This document shows positions 13,571 through 26,730 of a stretch of DNA of 64,000 nucleotides, one piece after another (position 1 is the stretch's first letter; the number at the start of each line of letters is the position of its first letter). Both the position numbers and the translations under genes were made by a program. Origin of the DNA: Pristiophorus japonicus (lineage: Eukaryota); NCBI RefSeq assembly GCF_044704955.1, contig NC_091999.1, positions 17,422,001 through 17,486,000 on the forward strand. Direction: 5' to 3'. Below the pieces are notes generated by a model that saw only the letters and a program-made list of their open reading frames with translations, was not told where the DNA came from and made no database searches.

Positions 13571-13994
13571 ATCCCTGCATTGTGCCTCACTGATTTTCAA
13601 TTGAATATGATTTCTGATGTGACTCGTAATGTACTTCCACGGTTTTAAGGACTGTTGAGATAGTGTCCACTTGATCCTGAGACATAGCGTCACATCCAGC
13701 AACAAGCAAAGGAGATGAAGGTCGGTCTGATTCAGACTGGATGGGGAAGTTGTTTACATTCTTTAATTACAGTGTGCCAAATGTACATTTATCAAGTGTC
13801 CGTACACCCTGCGGTTTCCATCTCCTGACCCTCGCCCCTCTCCTGCATTATGTTATTGCAGATCCCGCTCGCCAGTCCCACCATGCAGTGTATTACATGG
13901 CAGTACAAAATGAGATTTCCATAACTTGATTTTGAAAGTGTAACGTTTCCACACACACAAATCGAACTGCAAACAGCGCTCAACATTATATTTA

Positions 13995-14250
13995 CCGATC
14001 TACCGAGCTATCTGTCTATCCTATCAATATCTATCTTTCAATCTGTCTCTATATCTATAGATTCTTCTAGCCCTTTCTGTCTATCTGTCTAACTATCTAT
14101 CTGTTAGTCTGTCTGTCAGTCTGTCTATCAGTCTGTCTGTAGGTATATCTGTCTATCTATCTATATATTTATCAGTCGATCTATGTAACTATCAATCTAT
14201 TCGGCTGTCTGTCTATCTTTCTATCTGCCTATCTGGCAGATTATCCCTCT
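13995..14250. repeat. (CTAT/CTGT)n microsatellite
   Basis: Visible repeat runs. Confidence 0.85.
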
Positions 14251-14379
14251 NNNNNNNNNNNNNNNNNNNNNNNNNNNNNNNNNNNNNNNNNNNNNNNNNN
14301 NNNNNNNNNNNNNNNNNNNNNNNNNNNNNNNNNNNNNNNNNNNNNNNNNNNNNNNNNNNNNNNNNNNNNNNNNNNNNNN
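14251..14379. other. Assembly gap (129 N)
   Basis: N run. Confidence 1.
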
Positions 14380-14399
14380 GGAATTTATCTCTTTTTCAA

Positions 14400-14600
14400 T
14401 ATCTTGATTCGTTTATAATTGTAGCGCCCCCTACTGCTTTCTTAATTTTTTAACGCATGGAATGTCATGTTCTTTAATAATTGTTGCGCCCCCTGCTGCC
14501 CTCTGACTGATTTGCCGCAAGACAAACGACGCTCTGTACAAATTTAGCACCGCCTACTGCCATCTGACAGATTTAGTGCAAGAGAACGGACACTCTACAA
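14400..14600. repeat. ~62-bp tandem repeat carrying CTCF-like motifs; related units at 16745-16870
   Basis: TAGCGCCCCCTACTGC (14422), TTGCGCCCCCTGCTGCC (14484), TAGCACCGCCTACTGCC (14545). Confidence 0.6.
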
Positions 14601-14609
14601 ACAAAGATA

Positions 14610-16520
14610 CGAGCATACATACAATGATGGAAAGGTTAAGACCATCTGGTCCATTGAGCCTGTCCCACGCCGCCCGAAAAGATGTGATCTCCTGGAAATA
14701 GCAAAAATCTGATTAAAAACCCAGGCCAATTTTGGAGAAGAAATTTGGCAAATTCTTCTCTGATCCATCTAGGTGATCGAAACTAGTCCAAGTGATCACT
14801 CTGGCCTTGAATTTCCTGCAGTACATACCTTCTGTAACATGTGATCTCTACCGCAGCCAGAAACAAATCCAGCTTTCACTTGAGGAATTCAGTGAGTCTG
14901 CATTCATTACATGAAATGACAGATTGTACAATGGTCTACTATCTTCTGGGAAAAGATCCACCTCCTGACATCTAACCTAGATCTAGTCCAAACAACTGAA
15001 ATATGTGATACCTGGTCCTACCTAACCTATTTAATTGAAATAAACTATCGACTGGAAAACCTTCTATTTCCTTCATTATTTTAAAACCTCAATCAGATCC
15101 CCCCTAAGTCTATGCTGATCTAAGGAATTGAGTTCCAACTCTTTCAACCTATCTTGGTAATTAAAATGCTTTATACTTGGAAATAGCCGAGTGACCCTCT
15201 TGTTCTCCTTTTCAGAGCGTCAATATCACCTATCATGTGAGGAGGACAACACTGGACACAGTATTCAAAGCTCGGTCTGACTAAGGCCTTGTTCAAGGAC
15301 AAAACAGTACACGTCCTATTATAATCAAATGTCCTTTGGATACACCCCGATGCCTTATTTGCTGTAACTATCACTGCACAGCATTGCTCATGTACCTTTA
15401 AGGATGTATGTACTAGAATGCGCAATTCTATTTCTATCTGCGCCAAATTTAATACCTTTCCCTGGAGGGTGTAAGAATGTGAACATTTGCCCTACCCACA
15501 TGCATAAATATGCACTTATCTAAGTCGTACATCATTTTCCAGACTTGAGCATAATCTACCAGCACATTCAGATCTGCCTGAAGCAGTCGAGCATCTGCTA
15601 TAATTCAAAATCTCACTCAGATCTTGGTATCATCTGCAAATTTAAAAGTTTTGCGCGCAATCCCAAAATCTAGATCATTAATACAAATAGTAAAACACAA
15701 TTGTCCCAACACTGTCCGCTGCCAGACACCACGGGTGACTAGTCTACAATCAGATTCAAATCCATCAATTATTACTTTTTACCAGTGTCCTGCCAGCCAG
15801 TTCTGAATCCAACTCAATATATTTCAACGTTTACCAGAGGCTCCGATCTTATACAAAAGCCTTTTGTGCGGTACTTTTTCAAAATGTTTTGGGAAATCTG
15901 AGTGGACAATGTCTGCTGGGCTTCCCTGATCCACAAACTTCGTAACTGTTTCAAAAAATACAATTAGATTTGCGAGATATTACCTCTTTTGTATGAAGTC
16001 ATATTGGTATGCCTAAAATGTCCCTCCCTATCCAATATTCTTAAATCCCTTATGGTTGCTTCAAACATCTTACCTATTACTGATGTTAAACTGATGGGCC
16101 TATAGTTGCCCGGGTCTGTCTTGTCACCTATTTCAAAAATGGGGTCTGCATTAGTCTCCTTCCAATCTGTAGGAAACATTCAAGAGAGCAGTGAGCTATT
16201 AAAAATACAGGCCAGGAGCTCTCACAGCTCATGTCCTATCTCACAGAGGACCATCAGGCGGATATCATCCAGCACGGATGCTCTATCTATTTTCAAGTTC
16301 TTAATTATTTTTACCCTAACGTTTTTATCTTTGGTAATGCTGCTAACAAAATTAGTAGAATTAAATTCTAATATTCGAGCATCATTTTCAAGGGTGAAGA
16401 CTGATGCAAAGTACAAATGTAATATTTCCACCATTCTTAGTGAATCCTTTGCAACCTGCCCTTGAACACCCTTCAGTGGACCAATACAGTCTTTGATAAG
16501 TCTCTGATTCACCACGTAAA
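14610..16520 (-). mobile_element. Ancient CR1-like LINE fragment
   Basis: GDKTDPGNYRPISLTSVIGKMFE, FADDT and LVRPSFEYCVQ motifs on the minus strand, heavily broken. Confidence 0.8.
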
Positions 16521-16929
16521 GAAAAATGCTGATCCCATTACTGCCACAGTTGTCTACAAACCATTAGTCCATTAGTGTTTGATGATATAATAACAGCCAT
16601 CATTTTCTTTAGCTGTTTCCTGGATTCAACCCTGTTTATTTGAGTATTACATGTTTTAATTGATAATAAAAACGTTTCTGTTTACATCTTATTTGTCTGT
16701 CTAGTTTTACCATCCCGATTATTGATTTATCGGATGATGAGGGATGTGGTTTATAATATTAGCACCCCTTCTGCCGTTTGACGGTTTGCTGCAGAACAAG
16801 GGGTGCTCTGTCCAATGGTAGCACCACCTACTTCCCTATGACTGCTTTATTGCAGGATGAGAGACAAAAGTTATCATTAGATCGCAACAACTGCTTTCTC
16901 CCACTGAGATAATTTGGGTCCGATTAAGG

Positions 16930-17215
16930 AACATAACAAACATTAGAAATAGGAGCAGGAGTAGGCCCTATGCCTCTCGAGCCTGCTCTGCCATTCAATA
17001 AATTCAAGATTGATCATCGAACTCAACTACACTTTCCTGCACAATCTTCATATCCACAGATTCCCCATAGACTCCAAAAATCTATCTGCCTCAGTCTTGA
17101 ATATATTCAGAGATATGAGGCCGAGAATTCAAAAGATTCAGAACCCTCTGAGTGAAGAAATTCCTCCTCATCTCGATCCTAAATGGGCTTCCCCTTATCC
17201 TGAGACTGTGCCCCA
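16930..17215 (-). mobile_element. CR1 3' tail fragment
   Basis: GAAATAGGAGCAGGAGTAGGCC...CTCGAGCCTGCTC, the reverse of the CR1 3' end. Confidence 0.75.
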
Positions 17216-17569
17216 TAGTTCTAGAGAAAACACCAGGAATTGAACTCGGACCTCCATGCTGTGTATGGTTTTATGGCATCTTCGAATGTCCAGATGGAGA
17301 TTTTCATTTTATTTTCCTTAGAAAGATACGGAAGTCTTTTTTCCCCTTCCACATGGTGCAATATTCATTGGAAGTTATTCTAATGTAGAAAAGGTGAGCT
17401 CGAAAATGGCTGCCTTAATTTGTTTGTTTCAATGACCATAGCTAACAATAAAATTGCACAATCTGATTGGCTCACTAGGGATTAACATTCGGTATAACTA
17501 AGGGATCATTAGAATGAGCCACAACTCATGTTGGAGCTACTGTCTGCAGCAATTCTTTTCTCACTGAGA

Positions 17570-17645
17570 ATGCACGCCCCTGGAAACAGTCCAATACTTT
17601 CCATTTACTATCCGCTTCTCGCTGCTATCATTGCAAGTCATTACA
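17570..17645 (+). pseudogene. GPR139-like GPCR pseudogene, exon 1
   Basis: MHAPGNSPILSIYYPLLAAI matches the YYPxLAA start of TM1 in elasmobranch GPR139/142-like receptors; only a GC-type donor (GCAAGT, 17646) follows; ATTGG (reverse CCAAT) at ~17466. Confidence 0.7.
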
Positions 17646-18329
17646 GCAAGTCATTGGTTGTTAAGGTTTCTGCTGATATTCTGCGTCTTTACCCGTTTTG
17701 ACATTTTGTGTTTCGAGATTTTGCTTCACAGCCGCTTTGTTCATTGTGTTCTAATGAAAGATCACTGATCTGATGCATTAACTCATTTTCTCTTTCCACA
17801 GATGTTGCTTGATCTTCCAGGTTTTCTGTTCTCATTTCAAATCTCCCTGAGTCAGAGTATGTGTCTTTTGTATCCCTGTTCATTGTGAAATTTTATTGGA
17901 ATTGTAAAGTTCCCCGGTGTCCAAAGCAAAATTTATTACAACATCATTCTGCATCAGCGTGACTTCTTGTCCCAGATCTATATTCGCACTGCCTTCAGCT
18001 AACAATCTCTGTTCAAGTCCAAAAGTCGTTATTTTTAAAAAGTAAAAATCGTGTGACTAATGAAAAAATATGAAGTGAACCGATGCAACAATGATCGGTC
18101 AATAATTTGTGTCTTGATATGTATTTCCCGCCACTTTTCATCAGTGCAGTTAATTCTGGTGATCAAGCACTGGTTCACAAATGCTGTCTACGGACAAATG
18201 TCCAGAAATGATGCCTGTAAATGTTTATTAAAATGCATCTATTTCTGAATATTGCGTTGAAACGATACGAAAATCAGCTGTGTAGTTGATAATGAAGAAT
18301 AAAGGTGCGGACAGCAGGAAAATGTCTAT

Positions 18330-18488
18330 CAACGGGTCAGGTGGGCAGAACAGTGGCAAATTGAATTTAATCCAGAGGTTTGTGAGGTAATGCATTTGGG
18401 GAAGGCTGACAAGGAAAGGGAATACACATTAAATGGTAAACTGAGAAGTGTAGAGGGACAAAGAGACGTTGGAGTGCATGTCCACAGA
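18330..18488 (+). mobile_element. Old CR1 fragment, 5' part (host of the Tx1 element)
   Basis: Similar to CR1 at ~11230-11390; continues at 25664. Confidence 0.8.
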
Positions 18489-18703
18489 ACTCTTTTTTTG
18501 GGAGAAAATTAACACATGAAATCAGTAAATCGTGTCCCCCCGATCTGGGCGGCGCACCAACATTTCCAAGGCACTTTTTTTTTCGTAAGTTTTTTTTTGG
18601 GCACTAAAATCTTATTTTTTTTTCTCCAAGTGCCCCCTATAAAAGGGGAGGGGGACACTAAAAACACCGGCAATTGAAACAAATTAAACTTTAAAATATA
18701 AAA

Positions 18704-21700
18704 TCAAATTAAAATTTGGTTGCCGGGCGTGACGATGCACTCCATTCCCTCCGGCGCCCACCTCTCGTGGAAGGCCACGAGCGTACCGGTGGACATCGCA
18801 TGCTCCATCTCCAAGGACACCCTGGCACGGATGTATGCGCGGAAGAGAGGCAGGCAGTCAGGTTGTACGACCCCCTCGACCGCCCACTGCCTGGACCGGC
18901 TGATGGCACCCTTGGCCGTGCCCAGGAGCAGTCCTACGAGGAGGCCCTCGGACCTACCCGCTCCCCTCCGCACAGGGTGTCCAAGGATCAGGAGTGTGGG
19001 ACTGAAGTGCAGCCAGAATTTCAGGAGCAGCCCCTTTAAATAATAAAAAAGGGGCTGCAACCTCGCGCATTCCATAAAAACATGGAACACGGACTCTTCC
19101 AGACCGCAGAAATTGCAGGCGGACTGCGAGCCCGTGAACTGGTTTAAAAATTTATTGCACGGGACTGCTCCGTGCACCACCCTCCATGCCAAATCCCCGA
19201 TAAATACTGGAAGGACTCCCGCGTCGAGTGCCCTCTATTGGTGACCCCCGCCTCCTCCGGACGGCAAGATGGTACGCCATGGCGTGTCCGGATGGCAGAC
19301 GAGGATGGCAAAGTTGAGAGTGTGCAGGAGCAGCCCGTACAGGAAACCCCTCCGCACGGAACTGAAAGGCTCGGAGGGGATTTCCTCGAGGCGGCTCAAG
19401 TTGTGAGGCGCCGGCTCCCGAGGGAGGTTCCAGGGTTTGGCGCCGATGAGGAATTCCGTCCGGACGTGGGTCAGTTCGGACGGGATCTCCCCACGTGCTT
19501 GAGCCTCCTCGATGCATCTAATGGAGTCAGGGTCCAGAGCTGTTTTTAGCGACTCAATGGCATTGGCCGCGTGGCGGACGTTGGTGGAATTTAGGCGCCA
19601 CGCCAGCATGTCTGGCGCCATCCAGCCCGCTCCTTCGCCATCGAGCAGGTTCCTAACCCTGGTCACCTCACCAGCCACAGCTCTCTCGTCCGACCGCCAC
19701 CAAAAACCTCGGTCGTGGAGATACGGATTCCCGAGCAGCGGCTCCTGCAGGACGGCCGCCACTCCAGCCGGTGGAGAGCTGCGCTTGGTGGAGACTTTGT
19801 TCCAGACCGTGGTGAGTTCCTTGTAAAAGACAGGCATCTCCTGGAAGGCGGTCCTGACGCCCCCCAAGCTCACAAACAGGAGCTGCGTGTCGTAGTTGAG
19901 GCCGTGCTGCTGGCGGAAGAAATACGTCGCCAGAGCACGCCACCTAGGAGGGGGCTCGACGAAAAGGTATCTCTGCAGGGTCTGAAGACGGAAAGTCGCG
20001 AGCTGCGTGCTGACGCACACCAACGACTGACCGCCCTCCCCAAGCAGGAGAATCAAGACCGCGGCAGAGACACAGTGCTTCCTGTTGTTCCAGAAGAAAT
20101 CCACCAGCTTCTTCTGTATCTTGGTGACAAACGCAGGGGGAGGGGTCAAAGTGGCCAGCCGGTACCACAACATGACTAGCGCTCGACCCCTGTAGGACAG
20201 CACTCGGAGCAGTACTGTCCAGCACCCTAGGCGAGCGGCGAACTTGGCCTCCAGCTCTTGCCAGTTCGCTGGCCAGGATTCCTCGTCGGGGCTAAGGTAG
20301 ACTCCCAGATAGAGGAGATGGGTCGTGCTCCAGGCAAAAGGCCTGAGCTCCTCCGGCAGGGAGTCCACCCGCCACTGACCAACCAGGAGTCCGGAACATT
20401 TCCCCCAGTTGATGCTGGCGGAGGATGCGGCCGAGTAAATCTCCCGGCACTCACGCATCCTCCGCAGGTCAGCGGGATCCTCTACCGCGAGGAGCACGTC
20501 ATCGGCGTAAGCCGAGAGGACGACCTCCACGCCCGGCCCTTGCAGAGCCAGTCCCGTCAACCTCGTCCGCAGGAGGCGCAGGAAAGGCTCCACGCTGATG
20601 GCATATAAATGGCAGGACATGGGGCATCCCTGGCGCATCCCTCTCCCAAAGCCAAGGGGCGCCGTCAAGAACCCGTTTACCTTTATCAGACACTCTGCAG
20701 CGGCGTGCAAAAGTCGGATCCGGGCGACGAAATGCGTGCCAAACCCGAAAGCGCGCAGAGTCCCGAACAGGTAGTCGTGATCCACCCTGTCGAACGCCTT
20801 ATCTTGGTCGAGAGATAGGAAGGCGACCGACAGACCAGCCTCCTGGGAATGATGGATGAGGTCCCGGACCAGATGGATATTATCGTGAATTGTCCGGCCA
20901 GATACCGTGTAGGACTGGTCGGGGTGGATCATGAGGTCCAGCACGGCACCAAGGCGAGCAGACATCGCCCTGGCGAAGATTTTGTAGTCCGTGCTGAGGA
21001 GGGAGACTGGGCGCAAGTTCTTAAGGAGGCGGAGATCGCCCTTCTTCGGCAGCAGGACGATGACTGCCCTGCGCCAAGAGAGGGGCATCTCCCCGGTCGC
21101 CAGACTTTCCCCCAGGACCCGCGCATAGTCGCCCCCCAGGACGTCCCAGAATGCCCTGTGGAACTCCACGGTCAGCCCGTCCAGCCCCGGGGCTTTTCTC
21201 CTCGAGAGACGGGCGAGGGCGCCGGTCAGCTCCGCCAAGCTTAGCGGAGCTTCCAGATTTTCGGCGCCCTCCGGGCTGACCTTCGGCAGGTCCTCCCACA
21301 AAACTCTACGCGCTTCATCGCTGGACGGATCCGGAGAAAGCAGAGCCCCATAATATTCACGGGCCGTGTTGTTGACGCCCTCCGGATCCGAGACGAGAGA
21401 GCCGTCGTCGGCCAGCAGCGTCAAGAGCTGCTGACGGACACTCTGCTTTTTTTCCAGAGAGTAGAAGAAGGGGGAGCCACGGTCCAGATCCCGCAGGAAC
21501 CGGATCCGCGACCTCACGAACGCGCCTCGGGACCCGACGAGCTGCACGTCCTTCAGCGCGGCCTTCTTCACTTCGTACACCATCGGCAGTCCGGGTCCTC
21601 AACGACTTGACCGAGACGGGACTCCAGGTCGAGCACCTTTTTTTCTAGGCGCCCGACCCTGGCCGCCCGCCTCTAGGTCGACCCCCTTGCGTACTCTTGA

Positions 21701-22581
21701 CAGAAGACGCGTATATGAGCCTTGCCCACGTCCCACCACAGCCTCAAGGAGGGGAAGCCCCCCTGCTTCCTCCTACAGTCGGCCCAGAAACGACGGAACG
21801 AGTCCTGGAACCGCACGTCCTCCAGCAGCTGGTTGTTAAAATGCCAGTACGTGGACCCCGTCCTCGTGTGGAACGAAGCGAGCTCCGCCCACACCAAGTG
21901 TTGGTCCGAACACAGCACCGGTCGCATGGAGGCCGCCGGGACGCAGGAAACGTACGCCCGAGACACGTAAAGGCGGTCGACTCTGGACCATCCCACTCTA
22001 GGCCTCACCCAAGTAAAGGTGCTGGAGTCGGGATGGAGATTTCGCCAGACGTCCACCAAGTCGAAGGACCCGACCAGGTCCCACAACTTCTCCATCGCCG
22101 TCATGCTCTGCGGGGCACCGGAGTGGTCCCTCGCCGAGAGGGTGCAGTTAAAATCCCCCCCGAGGACAATGCAGTCACCGACGTCGACGGAGCCAAGAAG
22201 AGCGGACACCTCTTCGAAGAAGCGCGTCTGCTGCGGTCCGGGCTGAGGGGCGTACACGTTCACGAGATAGAGCGGCACGTCCCCCAGGCGAACCGTGACG
22301 TGCAGCAAGCGGCCGGACACGGGCTCCTCGACCACCAAGATCTCCGGCTGAAAATGCGGGGCCAACAAGATGGCCACCCGACAAGAAGTGGTAGTGAGGT
22401 GGCTCATGCGGACCTCTCCTTGCCATTCCAGGAGCCACGTGGCTTCGTCTCCTGGAACGGTGTGTGTTTCTTGCAGGAAGCACACCGCATATTTCCCCTC
22501 ACGCAGGAGCGAAAAATTGTTAAATCAACGGTGTGCCCCTCTGCTGCCATTGATGTTGAGGCTGGCTATGGTTATCTTCAT
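18704..22581 (-). pseudogene. Tx1 ORF2 (APE endonuclease, RT, C-terminal zinc-binding domain)
   Basis: MKITIASLNING, FLQETH, GGDFN, SRVDR, SDQH; APGLDG, DYKI, QGCP, AYADD; CNFCGLEESVFHVFMEC. A few stops and frameshifts (ORFs 21673-22485, 19235-21583, 18704-19192). Confidence 0.92.
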
Positions 22582-22649
22582 GACAAAAGCATAATGCAAC
22601 CTCTACCTAACCTATTGTGGGGGGGGTGAGTGGAGTCCTTTGTTGACCT

Positions 22650-24724
22650 TTACTCCTTCAGCAGCCCAGCGAGGAACTTTTTGAGCCGGCGCAGCTCAAG
22701 GCCTTGCGCCTTTGATAAGGGCACGCACGCGGCCATGGTTTTAGTGGCGATGCGGACGGAAGCGATGAGCAATCCCGGCTCGGACCATCTTTCCCGGGCC
22801 AGATGGGCTTGGTCGCGGCGACCCTGGCTCTGGGCCAAAAAGTCCCGGAGTTCCTCTACGGGAATGAGGGGGGACTCAGCGGCGGGCACGAGGAGATCCA
22901 CCGCCTCACTGGCGATGGACTCGAGATCTACACCCGCGTCCTCCACCGAGTCCCCGTCCCCCTCCGGGTGGTCACCGCTAGCAGCCGGCCCGTGGACCGC
23001 ACGAGGTACGGCAAACGGCCCGGCCGCTCCATCCGGCCCTGGCTCTGCTCCGATCCCACCCCCAGGATCGTCGACAGAGGAGTCTCCACTGGGCTCTGTT
23101 AAAAGTGGTGCTGGGTCAGGAAGTGACAGCGGAAGGGGATCCTCCCCCTCCCCAGGAACCGGGGAACACGGAGAGACCTGGCCAAAGTAATGTTCCAGGT
23201 CCTCCAAGTACCCCAGCTTCAAAGTCGGGGGCGAGGGTTGTTGTTCTTCCCCCTCCCCGCCGCCACCCCCCGGCCCAGCGTGTACAGATTCATAAAAATT
23301 GTTGATACTGTGTATTTCCGCCGAGTCGAGCAAGTCCCGGGGGAAGTTGGATATTGGCTGGGCGGGCTCAGGTTCGGCATTTTCGGCCCCGCCCACCTCA
23401 GTCCCCGGGACGCTCGACCCGGCGGCAATGAAATCCACCGCTGGCCCCACGCCCCCCACGACAGGCAGATCTTCCACGCCATCCCCGGGAGGCAGAGGCT
23501 GGGCAGCCTCGACTCTCTCACCCTCCCCGGGGACAGATTCCTCCTGCCTACGGCGCAGTTTGGAGGCGCTCGTGGGGGACGCGGGACACGCGGCAGGCAC
23601 CGACTCCTCCACGGAGGGATGTTGTTCCCCCTCCGCCTCATTGGAGCGGCGCCTCCTTTTGTTCCTGGGTGAGCGCGGAGGCAGGGAGACCTCCATGTCT
23701 GCCGAGGCCTCCCGCTCCACCACCCTCCTTTTTCTTTTCTTGCCCGCGCCCGAGCCCCTCTGTGATACTGGTGAAGGGCTTGGGCATGGGCTCAGGGCAC
23801 CCCGCGCTCGCCGATGTCAGGGTTGGGCTGAGCGCGGTGTTCAAGCTGTCTGGCGCACTGAGGGGACCCGCCTCGAGATGTTTTGCCTTCCTCCGCACCT
23901 TCTTTCCGATCGGACGCTCTCCCTCTCCCCCCGCTGGAGGCATTGAAAACAAAGGCCCCCGACGATGACCGCGCACCCACAGCTCCCGGCACGCGGACGC
24001 TACTAGGGGGAGTGGTGGCGGCGGCGCCAGCCTTGGCCGCCTTCGGTGGTTTGGCGGCTTTGGAGGCGGAACAGTTCTTGCGAACGTGCCCCACCTCGCT
24101 GCAGGCATGGCACCGCACGCCGTCCGACGTCCAAAAGACGCGGTAGGCTGTCCCCTCATGCACCACATTAAAATTGCCCTCCGTCGTCTCCTCCCGCGCC
24201 AGCCGGACAAAGAGCTGGCGGCGGAAGGAGAAAACGTGGCGCAGGCTGCTCTCCCTGAGGCCGAGCGGTATGGGGTTGGTCCCCGACCTTACCTCCCCCA
24301 GTTGGTGTAGGTGAGGGAGGAGGAGCTGAGCGAGAACAAAGGGCGGGACTTTTGATATGATGACCCTCTGCGCGGTGGCCTCGAGAGGGTCCACCGGCAG
24401 GAACGTCCCGCCCACCGTGAGCCCCTTTTCGAGGGCCAGGGACACCGCCCGCTCTGACCCCATGAAGAACACGGCCTTCCCAGACATCTTGGAGGCTGTG
24501 ACAATGGCCGAGGGGCCGACTACCCCAGCCATCGCCCGCACGCACTCTTCAATGCTCATTGTGGGGTGAGTGTAGCTCTTGACCCCGTGTTTTTTTGTTA
24601 TCAGAATGAATGGTGGCAGGGCAGCAGGAGGCGCAGGAGGCGCAGGAGGCACCGTGGATGTGGACGCCGCCTGCGCATATGTCCTAGCTGGCCCTGCCAC
24701 CAGCGTGGATGGGGTCGCCATCAC
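22650..24724 (-). pseudogene. Tx1 ORF1 (nucleic-acid-binding protein with CCHC knuckle and acidic/Pro-rich tail), two frameshifts
   Basis: RTYAQAAS N-terminus, CHACSEVGHVRKNC knuckle; pieces in ORFs 23792-24724, 23638-24210, 22650-23723. Confidence 0.85.
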
Positions 24725-25663
24725 GGGGTCCCTTTAAGGGCTACACCCACCCCAAAGTCACAGGCCTTAATAGTCTTTAATTGGCCTCGTTGGTGTTTTG
24801 AGCAGAGGGAGCTCTAAAAGAGTCACACCTCTCCCCTAGTTCCCGAATGGGGAGGGGCCTTGCTCTCTCTGCTCAGTTGTCTTAATTGTTTTATAATTAG
24901 GAGCAAAGGGCTCTCACAGAGAGAGGGGAGAGACAGAGAGAGAGAGAGAAAGAGCGAGGGGGGTATGAAAGAGGGTAGCTGCGAGGGCAGGTCTCCCCTC
25001 ACAGTGATGGGTGGGTGTTTCTTGGGGTACACTCCCCAGATGGCAAAAAACACAGTCTTTGTAGAATGGTCTTCGGGTGGGGGGAGAAGATGTCATCACC
25101 TGGGTTAGCTGGAGCCACCCAGGCACACACTCCCAACGATGTTTAATAGGGTAATTAGTACTACTTCAGCCAGGTAGCTCCAGCTATCCCAGGCTAGGCA
25201 ATGAGGGAGGTGTGATTCAGTGGTGTGTGGGGCCTAGCTGTAAGCAAGACCCCCACACACACTTCCACACACACACACCCGCCGCGATGTTCCGGCCCTC
25301 GAAATGTTTTCTTTCCTCCCCCCACCGATACAATAAAGTCTTTCGGGGAATGCACCAAAACACACCCACCTGTCGAAGATTGTCGAAATGGCTCTCCCTC
25401 CTTCCACACTGGATGGTGTTTTCTCAGGATGTTCTTTTCCCCCTCTCTCCAACTCTCTGTAGTAGCAATAAATGATACATTTTCTGCTCTCCTCCTCTCC
25501 CTCTGGACCTTGAATTGTAGTAAGCCAGCCCTCTCCTTCTCTTCCTGGGCTGGTCTCAGGGTTCACTCTCGGCCTTCCAGACAGGAGCTTCAGCAGGGAA
25601 TTCCTTCTCTCACAGCAGCAATGCTCCAACTGATTAGGCCACGCCTCCAAAGCTCCACCATTG

Positions 25664-26335
25664 GTCCACAGATTCCCTGAAAGTAACAGGCCAGGTGGAT
25701 AAGGTGATTAATAAGGCATAATTAAAGCTTGCATTTATTAGCCGCGGCATAAAATACAAGAGCAGGGGGGGCTTATGCTTCAACTGTATAAAACACTGGT
25801 TTGGCCACAGCTGAAGTATTGCGTGCAGTTCTGGTCACCGCATTGCAGGAAGGAGATGATTGAACTGGAGATTTACGAGCATGTTGCCGGTAGTGGGGAA
25901 TATTAGCCACGAGGACAGATTGGATAGCCTGGATTTGTTTTTCTTGGAACAGAGGGGAAACTTCATTGAGGTGTATAAAGTTATGACGGGCCGAGATATA
26001 GTGGATAGAAAGGGTCTATTGCCATTAGCAGAGGGATCAACAACTAGGATACATCAATTTAAAATAATTATTAAAAGTTTTAAAGGGGATTTGAGGGGAA
26101 TTTCTTCATGCAGTGTTGTGGTGGTCTGGAACTCACTGCCTGAAAGGATGGTGGAGGCAGAACCCCTCACCACATTTAAAAAGTACTTGGATATGCAACA
26201 TATGTGCCATAACCTGCAGGATTACAGACCTAGAGCTGGAACGTGTGATTAAGCTGGATAGCCTCTTGTTGGTCGAGGGCCTTAAATGGCCTCCTTCCGT
26301 GCTGTAAACTTCTATGACTCTATTAGTCTATATGA
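25664..26335 (+). mobile_element. Old CR1 fragment, 3' part
   Basis: Resumes CR1 sequence after the TSD; VWNSLPERMVEA motif; tail TTCTATGACTCTAT. Confidence 0.85.
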
Positions 26336-26730
26336 TCGAATTTCTGAACTGATTTAATGATTGCATGATTGACGTGTGATTTTAGCCATGCATTTAATGA
26401 AGGGATATTCTGCGTCAGTAAATGGTTGACAATCAGTGAACGATAAACAGTTTAAGTCACGAAGCTGCACCTAAAACTCCATGGCCTGTTCTCAGTGTCC
26501 TGCTCCTCATTCATTGCTTCAGTCCGCCCTCGCTCCTTCACATTCGCTGTTCCCGCTTCCCTTCCTCAAACACTATTCAAATCTTAACAGATCAATCTCT
26601 GCCGACAGGTAACTGAATAATTCCCATTGCGAGGTGAAGTATCTAAGACTGAAATATGATCAAAATAAATAAACATCAAGGAGGAGTGATACATAATGTT
26701 ACTGATTTCTTTTCTGTCTCTTTCTTGCAG

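Larger units (their letters stand above)
18489..25663 (-). mobile_element. Full-length Tx1-clade (L1 group) non-LTR retrotransposon, ~7.2 kb, mildly decayed
   Basis: 9-bp TSD GTCCACAGA (18480-18488, 25664-25672); ~940-bp 5' UTR; ORF1 and ORF2; short A-rich 3' end; GC-rich relative to flanks. Confidence 0.93.

Noticed and set aside
21697-23946. Long plus-strand ORFs (310, 186, 215 aa) over the Tx1 element
   Set aside because: Antisense shadows of GC-rich coding sequence with no recognisable motifs.
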